Source: Balanoglossus misakiensis (lineage: Eukaryota; Animalia; Hemichordata). Taken from it: 64,000 nucleotides of DNA. A program made the position numbers and the translations under genes. How positions within the stretch are numbered: position 1 is the first letter of the stretch; each line of letters starts with the position of its first letter. The stretch is from assembly GCA_040954595.2 (NCBI GenBank), contig CM082594.2:1816247-1880246 (forward strand), read 5' to 3'. The notes under the pieces were generated by a model. The model did not search any database and was not told the DNA's origin. It saw only the letters and a list, made by a program, of their open reading frames with translations. This document shows positions 26,697 through 37,825 of the stretch, piece by piece.

Positions 26697-26864
26697 ATAA
26701 AAATCGCGTCAAGGACACGGTGGTCCCATTGAGTGATTACACAAGAAAAAGTCTACACCGGAGTACATGGCCATATACATACAGACAGACAGACACACAC
26801 ATAGAGAGAGATCAATGGGCAAACACTGACTGACCCATAAGCTGCCAATGGCATATGTACTGTA

Positions 26865-27448
26865 TAGTCTCGGTTACCCAGACTCTCTTACTCTTTCTCT
26901 CGTCTCTAGAGGGCGCTGTGCGAGAAAGAGAGTCTGGGATCACTGCACGTTAAATTTTCCGCGAACCGGAAGCGTCTTTTAGTAATCGAGCGATGCACCC
27001 TGGATCCAATAACAAATCGTAGGGAATAGAGGAATGAATCGTGTTGTCGTTGTTTATGATGATAAAAACATTTTTAAAAAATTAATGTGTCATTTCCTGC
27101 TACCGTAAACGTGGAAAACACGGCCTAGGTCGCCCGACGTCACTCGTGGAAAACATGACCTAGGTCGGCCAACGTCTACGAGTGACGTTGGGCGACCTAG
27201 GCCGTGTTTTCCACGTTTACGGTAGCAGGAAATGACACATTAATTTTTTAAAAATGTTTTTATCATCATAAACAACGACAACACGATTCATTCCTCTATT
27301 CCCTACGATTTGTTATTGGATCCAGGGTGCATCGCTCGATTACTAAAAGACGCTTCCGGTTCGCGGAAAATTTAACGTGCAGTGATCCCAGACCCTCTTT
27401 CTGGAGTGCCCAACGGAAGAAGCAGAGGGCTCTGGGTAACCGAGACTA
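26865..27448. mobile_element. Palindromic MITE with TAG...CTA termini and a 10-bp TSD (AcademH-like)
   Basis: TIR TAGTCTCGGTTACCCAGA; TSD ATGTACTGTA at 26855-26864 and 27449-27458; inner ~215-bp near-perfect inverted repeat. The empty paralogous site is visible at ~37265. Confidence 0.88.
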
Positions 27449-28261
27449 ATGTACTGTACATATACTAAATAGAACAGCTGGCCTCTTTAAAACTTAGCCA
27501 GTTATGTAATCATTCAGGAATTTACTGTGTATATCAATATAACAGGATGGGGTTCCTGCCTAATTAAAACAACTCAATAAAGTAAATACACACCACTTTG
27601 TAAAGCAATCTGACCAGTAGTTCTTGAGTTACTGAGTTTTGACCAAATTCACATTTTTCCAGCTAATTTGCATATTTTTGGCAATGACAAATTCATTTGA
27701 ACAAACTCCCATCTACAGCCCAGCCTGCATCAGCAAACCAAATATCAAGGTGATACACGCAGCGCTTTCAAGTTTTTGATGTGGATGGACATACAGACAT
27801 ACATCCATCCATCCATACATACATACGTACATACAGACGCAACCGATCCCATAAGGCCCCATGGTATAAACCAATGGGACCTAAAAAAATTCACAGGAGT
27901 CTGGATTCTAGACAATAAACTTACAGGAATGCAATTGCTGTACAGTACAGATTTCAATTTCCCTTCATTGTACATATACCTGCTGCACCACAGCAGCAAA
28001 TCTATGAACTACATCTGTGCGTTTGATCTCTGATTTTATGCTTTTATTTAAATTTTCTCTCCAAGGTCATGGTGATATTTGTGGTGACCTTGATTTGTGC
28101 TGTGTGTATATATTGGTGAACTTGCTGGCTGTTGACCCATGGTTGTGTATAAAGAGAGGCTTTCCGAAATCCCAGCCATTGCAGACGGTAGGTTGCAATG
28201 AAACTTGTGTTGTTCATTTTCAACAAGGTACACTCTTTTTTATGTACTAGCTCTTTGAGCG

Positions 28262-29698
28262 GTGTTTAAATCACGCAAGCTCCGAGACCCTCACATGACC
28301 AACTTTCAGCCAATCAGGGAAGGCCACTGTCCGCCTCTTGGCTCAGTACTTTTACAGGCGGCACAGCTTGTACACGCTGCTTCACATTGTCATAGCGATT
28401 TGCCTTTCAAGCAATATTTAGCGTACGCTGTTAAGTCTGTTTTTACAGTTACGTTTCGGTTGAACTATCTGTCACCGACAGACGTAGTGGTAGTGATGGA
28501 TAAACCCAGCGTCGACTCTGCTATGACTGGTTATGTAGACCATACCGTCGACACAGCAAGCCTGTTATCATCCATGACACCATGTTTGGAGATGCAACTG
28601 TGGGCAGAAAAATACGGTATTTCTTTGGACACACTGTCGGTTCTTGGTATGCACGGCTTCGTTACACTGGATGCTGTCAAGCTGATCAAGCCTGAAGACG
28701 TGTTTAGTATGAAAATCAGTCCATTGGGCCAGCTCAGACAGTTAGAAGCGGCAATAATTGCGCTGATGGGACCCGGCCAGGGTCAAGCCAGTCCCGCCAA
28801 AAACATGACTTCCAAGATGGCGGCCCCGACTGTTGCAGAGAATGTGTCAAGTTTCTCCAGTGGCGCGGACTGTCGTAAAGACGTGAGCTCTTCTGACCAC
28901 AGTGCTCCTCCCGTATCTACATTGAAAATCGAAGAACGGCCTCCTGCAAGCTTCAACCTGGACACCTTGCTGAAAGCGTTGGCTCCAGAACCAGACGTGC
29001 CGCCTAAATGCGCTACACCTGATCGTATGGATTTAGACCCACTGGTTTACCTAAAACCCAAGACTAAAGGTCAGAAACACTTGGATATTGTTGACTTTGT
29101 CCCCGGTTCCTTCGCAACGAAAGTGGAACAACAGGTCCTGTCGGTCGGCGATAGCGGCAGTAAGCTGATATTGGAATCCGGTCCCGCCAAACCTAAGCTG
29201 AACTCTGTCACACCACAACAATGGACAGCGGCGAACGCGCGCATCTTATATGAACTGATTCATAATCATTCGTTTGATATTATTCAAATCAAACAATACC
29301 TAGCGTACACTGTGAAAGTATCACAGTTGGCTGATAGATATGAGTGGGCGTCTGTCCTAGTGTATGACAGGGAGTATTGGATGTTGCAGGCAGCCTATCA
29401 TTTCCCTTGGGGTACGGAGTCCCAACATTTGTCATCGGTACACTTGAGGGAGAAATTTATAGCAAACAAAGTAGCTAGTAAGGGTGCCCCTGGCCCTAGT
29501 GGGAATATTAACGAGGGAAAGGGTGTTTTGCCTGCACCATTAGATGCAAACACAGGTAGGCCAATATGCATTGGTTTCAACAAAGGTAATTGTACGTTTG
29601 GTAATAGATGTACATATGCCCACATCTGTTTGGAGTGTCGCAAACAGCACCCAAAGTCATCTCATCCAAATGATGAAGGAAAAGTAGCAAGCGAATAA
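28262..29698 (+). CDS. Ngaro ORF1 (Gag-like) with a SAM-like domain and C-terminal CCCH/CCHH zinc fingers; likely start at the ATG near 28496
   Basis: WAEKYGISLDTLSVLGMHGFVTLDAVKLIKPEDVFSMKISPLGQLRQLEAAI; YEWASVLVYDREY; CIGFNKGNCTFGNRCTYAHICLECRKQH. Confidence 0.85.
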   Translation: MFKSRKLRDPHMTNFQPIREGHCPPLGSVLLQAAQLVHAASHCHSDLPFKQYLAYAVKSVFTVTFRLNYLSPTDVVVVMDKPSVDSAMTGYVDHTVDTASLLSSMTPCLEMQLWAEKYGISLDTLSVLGMHGFVTLDAVKLIKPEDVFSMKISPLGQLRQLEAAIIALMGPGQGQASPAKNMTSKMAAPTVAENVSSFSSGADCRKDVSSSDHSAPPVSTLKIEERPPASFNLDTLLKALAPEPDVPPKCATPDRMDLDPLVYLKPKTKGQKHLDIVDFVPGSFATKVEQQVLSVGDSGSKLILESGPAKPKLNSVTPQQWTAANARILYELIHNHSFDIIQIKQYLAYTVKVSQLADRYEWASVLVYDREYWMLQAAYHFPWGTESQHLSSVHLREKFIANKVASKGAPGPSGNINEGKGVLPAPLDANTGRPICIGFNKGNCTFGNRCTYAHICLECRKQHPKSSHPNDEGKVASE

Positions 29699-31446
29699 AA
29701 AAACTAGACTGCCTGCCTCCCCCTCCACCCAACCCCCATAGTTTAAATTACGGTGCTTGGGTCTCTGAGATTGCCCCTGATGACCCCGACAAGGATTTTC
29801 TCCTTGATGGTATAAACAATGGCTTTCATATTTTGGATTGTAATTCTGTTGGGTCTAGTGTGGAGGTGGATAATTATCGCTCTGCCACTGATGAAGGGAA
29901 TTATTGTACAGTGGAATGCCAAATTATAGATGAAATTAGGGAAGGGCGTTATGTTGTTACCCCTACTAAGCCTCACATTGTTAGTGCTATAGGAGCAATA
30001 CCTAAGCCACAGTCTAATGGTGTTCGCCTCATACACGATTGTAGTCGTCCCCCAGGGTCAGCTATCAATGATTTTGCTGATGCACCCTCTTTCTCGTATC
30101 AAACCTTACAAGAGGCCATCAATCTTATTAAACCCGGCTCTTTCATGGCCAAGGTGGACCTCAAGTCTGCATATAGGTCGGTGCGCATCCACCCGTCAAA
30201 TTACAAGTTTACTGGTCTTAAATGGGCTTTCTCTGACTCTAACAGGCCGACATATATGTATGATACAAGGTTACCTTTTGGAGCAAAAAGAGCTCCCATG
30301 ATTTTCCACCGCATAACTCAAGCTGTCCGCAGAATGCTTGCTCGTCAAGGTATAGATAGTGTTGTAGTATACTTAGATGATTTCTTAATTGTTGCTGACA
30401 CATATGAGGAATGTCAAAAAGCATTGAATATCCTCATCAAACTTCTCCGCAAATTGGGTTTTGCCATTGCATGGCACAAAGTGGAGGGCCCTACCCAACG
30501 TTTGGTTTTTCTGGGAGTCCTTATTGACAGTGTGAATCTTACACTGTCTTTGCCGCCTGCTAAATTGCATGAATTCTTCCGCCTGCTGCTCTCGTTTCGC
30601 AACAAAAAACGTGCATCACGCCGCCAGCTGCAGTCCCTTGCTGGGAAGCTAAATTGGGCCTGTCAAGTTATTTATGGAGGTAGAACTTTCCTCCGGAGAA
30701 TAATAGATTGCATAGGCAAGCTTAACAAACCCACACACAAAATATTATTGTGTAATGACTTTTTTGCAGATTTAGACTGGTGGATTGCTTTCTTACCACA
30801 GTTTAATGGTAGTGTCAGGTTTTTAAATCGTGCACCTATTACTGATGTCCACACAGATGCATCTGGTAAAGCTGCTGGTGCTTGGTTTAAAAATGACTGG
30901 CTCTATTTTCCATGGTGTGAGTGGCCAAAAGCTGCTAATTTGCATATTAATTACAAGGAGACTTTGGTTCTCTTATTAGCTGCTCTCAGGTGGGCCCCAT
31001 TCTGGGCTAATCACAAGGTGATACTTCATACAGACAATATTACAGCCATGCATATAATAAACAAAGGAATTTCAAAACATGCTGTAATTATGGATAGCCT
31101 GCGTTCACTGTTTTGGTTATCTGCTGTTTTCAATTTCTCTGTGCATGCAGTGTATGTTCCTGGCAAACTGAACAATATTCCAGATGCGATTTCTAGACTA
31201 CATGAGCCGGGTCAGCTGTTACGTTTGCATTCACTGTTTGATCCAGGGGGTGTTTATCACCCTATCTATACCTACAATTCATTACCTGCTCATATGTCTA
31301 GAATGGCTTTGCTAGCACTTATCCCACAGATTCAGAAGTCCAGCAGCTGGAAGCACAGCTTGACTTGGAAGTTGCCAGATACAGATCCAGTGCATTTGCC
31401 ACCAATACAAAGCGTACATACAGTACCCACTGGAAGTCTTACTTAG
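29677..31446 (+). CDS. Ngaro ORF2 reverse transcriptase plus RNase H (frame opens at 29677)
   Basis: RLIHDCS, KVDLKSAYR, LPFGA, YLDDFL, FLGVLID; RNase H motifs TDAS, HINYKE, HTDN and NNIPDAISR. Confidence 0.95.
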   Translation, partial: RKSSKRIKKLDCLPPPPPNPHSLNYGAWVSEIAPDDPDKDFLLDGINNGFHILDCNSVGSSVEVDNYRSATDEGNYCTVECQIIDEIREGRYVVTPTKPHIVSAIGAIPKPQSNGVRLIHDCSRPPGSAINDFADAPSFSYQTLQEAINLIKPGSFMAKVDLKSAYRSVRIHPSNYKFTGLKWAFSDSNRPTYMYDTRLPFGAKRAPMIFHRITQAVRRMLARQGIDSVVVYLDDFLIVADTYEECQKALNILIKLLRKLGFAIAWHKVEGPTQRLVFLGVLIDSVNLTLSLPPAKLHEFFRLLLSFRNKKRASRRQLQSLAGKLNWACQVIYGGRTFLRRIIDCIGKLNKPTHKILLCNDFFADLDWWIAFLPQFNGSVRFLNRAPITDVHTDASGKAAGAWFKNDWLYFPWCEWPKAANLHINYKETLVLLLAALRWAPFWANHKVILHTDNITAMHIINKGISKHAVIMDSLRSLFWLSAVFNFSVHAVYVPGKLNNIPDAISRLHEPGQLLRLHSLFDPGGVYHPIYTYNSLPAHMSRMALLALIPQIQKSSSWKHSLTWKLPDTDPVHLPPIQSVHTVPTGSLT

Positions 31447-31460
31447 AATTTTTGTACTTC
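31323..31460 (+). pseudogene. N-terminal stub of the Ngaro tyrosine recombinase ORF3, overlapping the end of ORF2
   Basis: LEVARYRSSAFATNTKRTYSTHWKSYLEF, then a deletion into the B repeat. Confidence 0.75.
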
Positions 31461-34400
31461 TACTTGATGTTCTACTTTCTAGTAATCTATTTGGAGTTTG
31501 GGGCAGTAGATGTAGTTTTATAGTTAGTGTTAAGATGCTGTAGTGTAATAAAGCCTCCCTGACACCAAAGTCTGATTGAGTTTTGTGTGGTTTAAGTACT
31601 AGCTCTTTGAGCGGTGTTTAAATCACGCAAGCTCCGAGACCCTCACATGACCAACTTTCAGCCAATCAGGGAAGGCCACTGTCCGCCTCTTGGCTCAGTA
31701 CTTTTACAGGCGGCACAGCTTGTACACGCTGCTTCACATTGTCATAGCGATTTGCCTTTCACCCACCCTCCCATCCCTCTGCCTTGTAGTTGCTTACTTT
31801 ATACAACGTCATCTTTCATGACATGTTTGTATTTTTGCTTGTCTTTTGCTTGTTGTATACATTTAGTATGGGGGCAGTAGATGTAGTTTTATAGTTAGTG
31901 TTAAGATGCTGTAGTGTAATAAAGCCTCCCTGACACCAAAGTCTGATTGAGTTTTGTGTGGTTTAAGTACTAGCTCTTTGAGCGGTGTTTAAATCACGCA
32001 AGCTCCGAGACCCTCACATGACCAACTTTCAGCCAATCAGGGAAGGCCACTGTCCGCCTCTTGGCTCAGTACTTTTACAGGCGGCACAGCTTGTACACGC
32101 TGCTTCACATTGTCATAGCGATTTGCCTTTCACCCACCCTCCCATCCCTCTGCCTTGTAGTTGCTTACTTTATACAACGTCATCTTTCATGACATGTTTG
32201 TATTTTTGCTTGTCTTTTGCTTGTTGTATACATTTAGTATGGGGGCAGTAGATGTAGTTTTATAGTTAGTGTTAAGATGCTGTAGTGTAATAAAGCCTCC
32301 CTGACACCAAAGTCTGATTGAGTTTTGTGTGGTTTAAGTGATCTTAATCTTGTAAGTGTTGCTGTTAGATGTTATAGCATCATAAAAGCTTATTGGAAGG
32401 TTGGAGAAAAAATTGCTGACACACTTTTGAAGGATGTTTTATACCAAGATTTGTTAATTTCAACCAGAAATTGTGCATTGTTTTTGCAAAATGGAGTCAA
32501 ATAAGATTTTTGTAAGATCCGCAAAAGTGCTGTATAAAATGACAGCTGTCTACTGCATACGATCAGCATCAAGTATATCTGGGCTTTAAGAAAATAATAT
32601 TTGTTGGAGTTTGGGACTTTGATAATTGACAGAAAAATACATTCCGTGAATGCACCCGTTTTGTATGTGGCATGCTTAAAAAACACCCATGTTGAATGCT
32701 GTCAATGGTATAAATGTAGTTTCTTAAAACTGATGACGTATCTTCCCCACTTCCCTCTTTTGAGGGTCCAGATTATCACAGAAAACAATGGATTTGGACA
32801 AAACCATGGTAGTGAAAGTGTTTATCTGCACCACATGGAAGGATATTCAGTTCCTGAATGAAATATCCATGTTCTTCTTTTCTCGTTTCTAGGAGATTTT
32901 CACTGTCACTCCACGGTGACGATCTGGAAGTAACATGTCTTGCATCGGTTCCGCCCAGCTATACTGGAAACACCAGGTGCAGGAGCAGAAGAGAAATGTC
33001 TTTGACAGACACGACATGTTTAGTTGAAGGGTTGCACCCTTGTCTTTGATCTGCCATACTCATTTGAAGGGCTGTTCTTGTGTCTTTCAAAAGAGCAGTA
33101 AATTATGGCAGACAGTTTGCTTAGACTTTGATATCATGTTCCCCTGAACTGCTTGTTACTTCCACTGGACATTTCCAACAATTCAGTCTGACAATGGTTA
33201 AGGTTAGGGATGGGGACTGTTTTCTGACATTTCTGAATTCCACTATGGAATTGTTGTAGCATGAACATCATGCATTTCATGAAACCTATCCTTTCAAACA
33301 CTCTGTAATCAGAACACATCTCAATTAAGGACAGGTATTTCAAGACAAAAGTTACAATTTGAATAGAATAATACCTGTGTATTACCAACACCTCTCTATT
33401 AAGGACAGATTTTGTCCTGAAGGTGTCCTTAATTGACATGTTTCACTTTATGTTCAGGTTAGAAGCATCCATTTATTAGCCATCACATCTGTGACCTACA
33501 ACAAATACATGCTATGTCTTGTACTCACACCCCCTCAGGGTAAAAAATGATAATTATGATCAGGCAAAATGTATTCTTTATTGGAGCAAAAATAGCCACA
33601 TTGGTGTTCAAAATAGAAACTACATTAATATCACTCTAATTTTGTGATGCTGGTATTTCAGTGTACTGAATGTTGAATCATTCCAAAATCTTTGACCATG
33701 AAAACTATTAAAACACATGGAGATTGATATTTGGCTGGTACAGTTTGTGTAATGGGCACATATCTGTATGTAAGTTGTGTAATTAATGTTTGTGTCAGTC
33801 AGTGTCCCTGTACCTGATTGACACAAGTCAAATTTGTGATGTCATCACTTGCATGTCGGGTGACAGTGTCTTCCCAGATCTAAATGCAAAACTGAGTGAG
33901 TGTTAAAAACAATAGGGTGTTGTCATTTAGCGACAGACTTAGAAATGGCTCTTTTGGATTGGATATGGTTTTGGGGTCTGTTTGTTGGAAATGATTGATA
34001 ATAAATTCATTGGAAGTAATTAATGTACCTTCATAGACTAGAAGACCTAATCAATATACCATGTATGTACTGTTTCATATTTTGCGTTGATATTGTATAC
34101 TGGTACGTTTCTACTTCTAGAGTTAGTATTGGAGTATACTAATATTTTATCTTGTGAGAAGGTTTTATGTCAATAAAACATCCAGAACCTTTATTCTCAC
34201 CTGTGCAATTTACAGTAAGAAATACGAAATATAGAAGCCAATTATGGTGTAAGTGACGGGAGGGGGAATTCCTCCTAAACCATAGCAAAAATTTGCTACA
34301 AACAGTGAGTGGGTGTTGTTTGGGAGACGCAATAATGGTCTCGTCTTCCTCCCGAGGAAAGATACCAAATTTTCAAGTGTAATTTTATTACAGGACCATT

Positions 34401-36764
34401 TTGTGTGCAGTGAACTGAAGAAGTCTGTTGTGATTTTTTTTTCAATGTCGCCACCAACGGCGGGTATGACAAATAACTAATTAATTTACATGTATTGAAA
34501 ACGTGTTTACATAACCAGACTAAGTAAGAAATAAAGTAAAAAATAGACAGCTGGGTTAATCCTGTGATTTGTACCAAATATCACACTGCAGAAAAAAATC
34601 AAGGCATTAATTATGGTTAAACATAATCTTTTCTTGGCTTTCAGGTTGATACCTTCGGTCTTCGGCAGATAAATTATTTATGCAAAAACCTTCCAGTTGT
34701 ACGCCTTTCTTTTGTACGCCTGTTTTTGTGGATTAGCAAAGCAGATTAAGTCGGCTCGTATATGTATGTGTGTAACAGCATTTTGATAGTGATTAGTGAA
34801 GAAAATCATGTGACACACAGTCAGAATTCAGTTTCATTTGCTTTTTATTCATTACTATTCATGGAAAGTAGCTACTAGTATTGGATGTTGATTTTACTCC
34901 AATAATATTTATAGTATTGGAGGGAATCATTTCAGTAATATCCATTCTCAGTCGTGGCAGCATATGGCAACAGCATAAATGTAATTGCCGTTTCCTCCAT
35001 TGACCGCTATACATTCATCAGCAGCTGGAAAATAATTAAATAACAATAATAAACTTTACACCCTGGGAAAGATAGAAATTGGAACAACACAACCTTATCG
35101 AAATATGTAACTGCGGTTTGTGTTAGCTTATGATTCAATGACAAACCCTGTAATGTACTGAACACAAAATCTATGAATATCTGGAATGTCTGAAATATTG
35201 GGAATTCACAAATATGAACTTTTCTTGTTTTCATAGGGGCTTTGTGATTCTATTAAACGTCAAATTCCCAAACTTCCTTGGAAAACGCTCCTGTATTTTA
35301 AGTTGACATTTGCCTACCAGAAGGAAAAGAAAAAGTGAGAAAAATGAAAAAAAGTGAAGAAAAATGGCGATGGTATTCGGACTGGTTCCCTATAGCATTA
35401 TCAATATTTTACCTGAAATATAGGCACCGTCGTTCACAATGTGAAAAGCGTACAAATTGCACCCTGTGAGAGTCTAACCGTGGTCACACGTGCGATGCTA
35501 CCACCTCCACCATGACCTCTCGTACTCCATTTTGCTTTGCAGTGTAACCCAGGAGCACTACAGTAAACAGCATGTGCCCATACTCCTGATTAAATGAGTA
35601 GAAATATTTCAACACAACTATGAAATTATTCAAATTGAACAAATTGTGGGTGGTTTATACATGTTGGAGGATTTTTATTCTGGTCGCCAGCAATCAACAT
35701 AGTTCCACCCTACGGTATAAGCCACGCCCCCCTTGGTTACTGTTGCTACGCCCCACAAGCTTTGAGCTTGTGGGACATTGACCTCCACAACGTAAATAAA
35801 CATGGCGGGGAAACTAGATTCGTTCAGGAATAGTCTGCGCAACGTTCCTGGCGACATTTCTGTATGCTACCTACCAGAGTTTGAAAAACATATCCAAGAA
35901 GTCACAGGAAAAGGGTCTAATTATATTTATACTATGAACAAATGTAAATGACAAGTCAATACAATAGTTGCTAGAATTGGTAAAACAAGAAAAGTGGCAG
36001 GGGTGGGAGGGGGTGTCCCCCTCCGACATCAGAAAATGTTGTAAAATACGGTGCTCAAAGTCGCATTTTAATGAACTCAAAAGCAAATTAACTCAATGTT
36101 AGGGAGGACAAATCTTAATTTTGCCACTCCACTCAAAGTAAACATCGGGGGTGGGGTGGCAAGAAGTCTCAGTGCCCTGTTACGCTAGACAAACCAGCGA
36201 ATAAAGGCAATGTGGCAAAGAATGGAGGGGTGGGTGTGGGAGGTTGTGACCCCTGCCACTTAAGAAAATTTTGTAAAATATGGTGCTCAAAGTTGCATTT
36301 TAATGAACTCAAAAGCAAATTATCTCAATGTTTGGGAGGACCAATTTTACTTTTTGCCACTTCACTCAAAGTTAGAAGATTTGGCGTCATCTTCGTCATG
36401 ACATCATTTATAAAACTTCTAGTATATAGAAGATGCAGCGCAAAACTATCAGTTATGCGAAATGGTTTAAAAGATTATTCTCCTTTATGTATTTACTTTG
36501 TTTTATATTATCATCGGTGGGGTTGGGGTGGCAAGCACTCTGCCCTGGTACACTAGACAAACCAGCAAAAAATGAAATGTGGTGGAGAATGAGGGGGTGG
36601 GTTAGAAAATTTTGTAAAATAAAGGGCGCGAAACTGCAATTTTGTGGACTCAAATGCAAAAATTCGGTGGCAAAAGTATGTGACCCCCCCTAAACGTTTA
36701 AAAAAAACCAGATGACCCCCCCCCCCCCTTTGGACTTCAAAATTTAAGTGACCCCCCCTGGATT

Positions 36765-37097
36765 TTGCCAAGAGAAAAACCCTATCAAAAGGCATGCCCA
36801 CAAAGTAACATCGAATGGAACAGCCATATCTAAAAGCCCGAAAAACTGTTAGCAACAACTGGGGGGTGATGGGTAATTTCTGCATCACTGGCTGGAAAGT
36901 GCTACGGGAAAGACCTTTCAAAAGTAATTTGACAACATACTGATCAGCGGCCAATGGCGTGAAGCCATGGATTCTATGCAAGCTACGAATTGCGTACAAA
37001 TAATTCTGAATGGTGCCAGTAGAAGATACTGATCTTGCAAGAAACTGGATAAATCTACACACTGTAAGAACAGATGCTGGAACAGGAGTAAAATTGA
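36765..37097 (-). pseudogene. Isolated fragment of a DIRS/Ngaro tyrosine recombinase
   Basis: FTPVPASVLTVCRFIQFLARSVSSTGTIQNYLYAIRSLHRIHG...LLLKGLSR...KLPITPQLL, then a frameshift to LWACLLIGFFS. Confidence 0.8.
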
Positions 37098-37454
37098 AAA
37101 ATCGCGTCAAGGACACAGTGGTCCCATTGAGGGAATACACAAAAAAAAGTCTACACCGGAGTACATGGCCATATACAGACAGACAGACAGACAGACACAC
37201 ACACACACACACATAGGAGGAGATCAATGGGCAAGCACTGTCTGACCCATAAGCTGCCAATGGCATATGTACTGTACATACACTAAATAGAACAGTTGGC
37301 CTCTTTAAAACTTAGCCAGTTATGTAATCATTCAGGAATTTGCTGAGTATATAAACAACTCAATAAAAACGGAACTGATCTGGTAGAAGGCGTTATGCGC
37401 CGTCCTTTCAACAATTCTCTATATCACGTGACATACACCTGTTAATCTAATGAG

Positions 37455-37825
37455 AAGACTGGAGAAACTGTTTAAACTGCAGAAGAGAGCTTCGCGTGTC
37501 CTTTTCGAATTGTCCTATAATTTACTTTGTGCTGAATTGTTTACGTTGTTTAATACTTTCTTGCAATTTTAACAAGTAACTGTGTGACATCGAGGTAATA
37601 CTCCGCAATATCTTTCTGACATGTTAATCTCCCGAAGAAGAATTCACCAATATCATATATGTGCTGTAGAGAAAATGGATTTTGCTATTCCTAAAGTAAA
37701 TATATGTACAGGTTAGAGAAGATTTAAATATCGCTCGTCACAAATCTGGAATTCTTTACCCGGTGAATTGAGGTATCCTGCAAATATAACGACGTTGTAG
37801 ATAAAATTGAAACAATGTATAAGAG
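37455..37825 (+). mobile_element. Degenerate CR1/L2-type LINE ORF2 3' remnant
   Basis: LEKLFKLQKRASRVL and FKYRSSQIWNSLPGELR motifs, interrupted by stops and frameshifts. Confidence 0.6.

Larger units (their letters stand above)
28246..32339 (+). mobile_element. Ngaro-type DIRS (tyrosine recombinase) retrotransposon, internally deleted
   Basis: Split direct repeats: A at 28246-28409, 31598-31761 and 31969-32132; B ending at 31597, 31968 and 32339. Gag-like ORF1, RT/RNase H ORF2, start of the YR ORF, no TSD. Confidence 0.93.

Noticed and set aside
31614-32251. Two identical 88-aa ORFs
   Set aside because: They lie within the Ngaro terminal A/B repeats, start at GTG and show no protein features.
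32700-33280. Possible decayed coding sequence on the minus strand
   Set aside because: Multiple stops and no motif I can assign.
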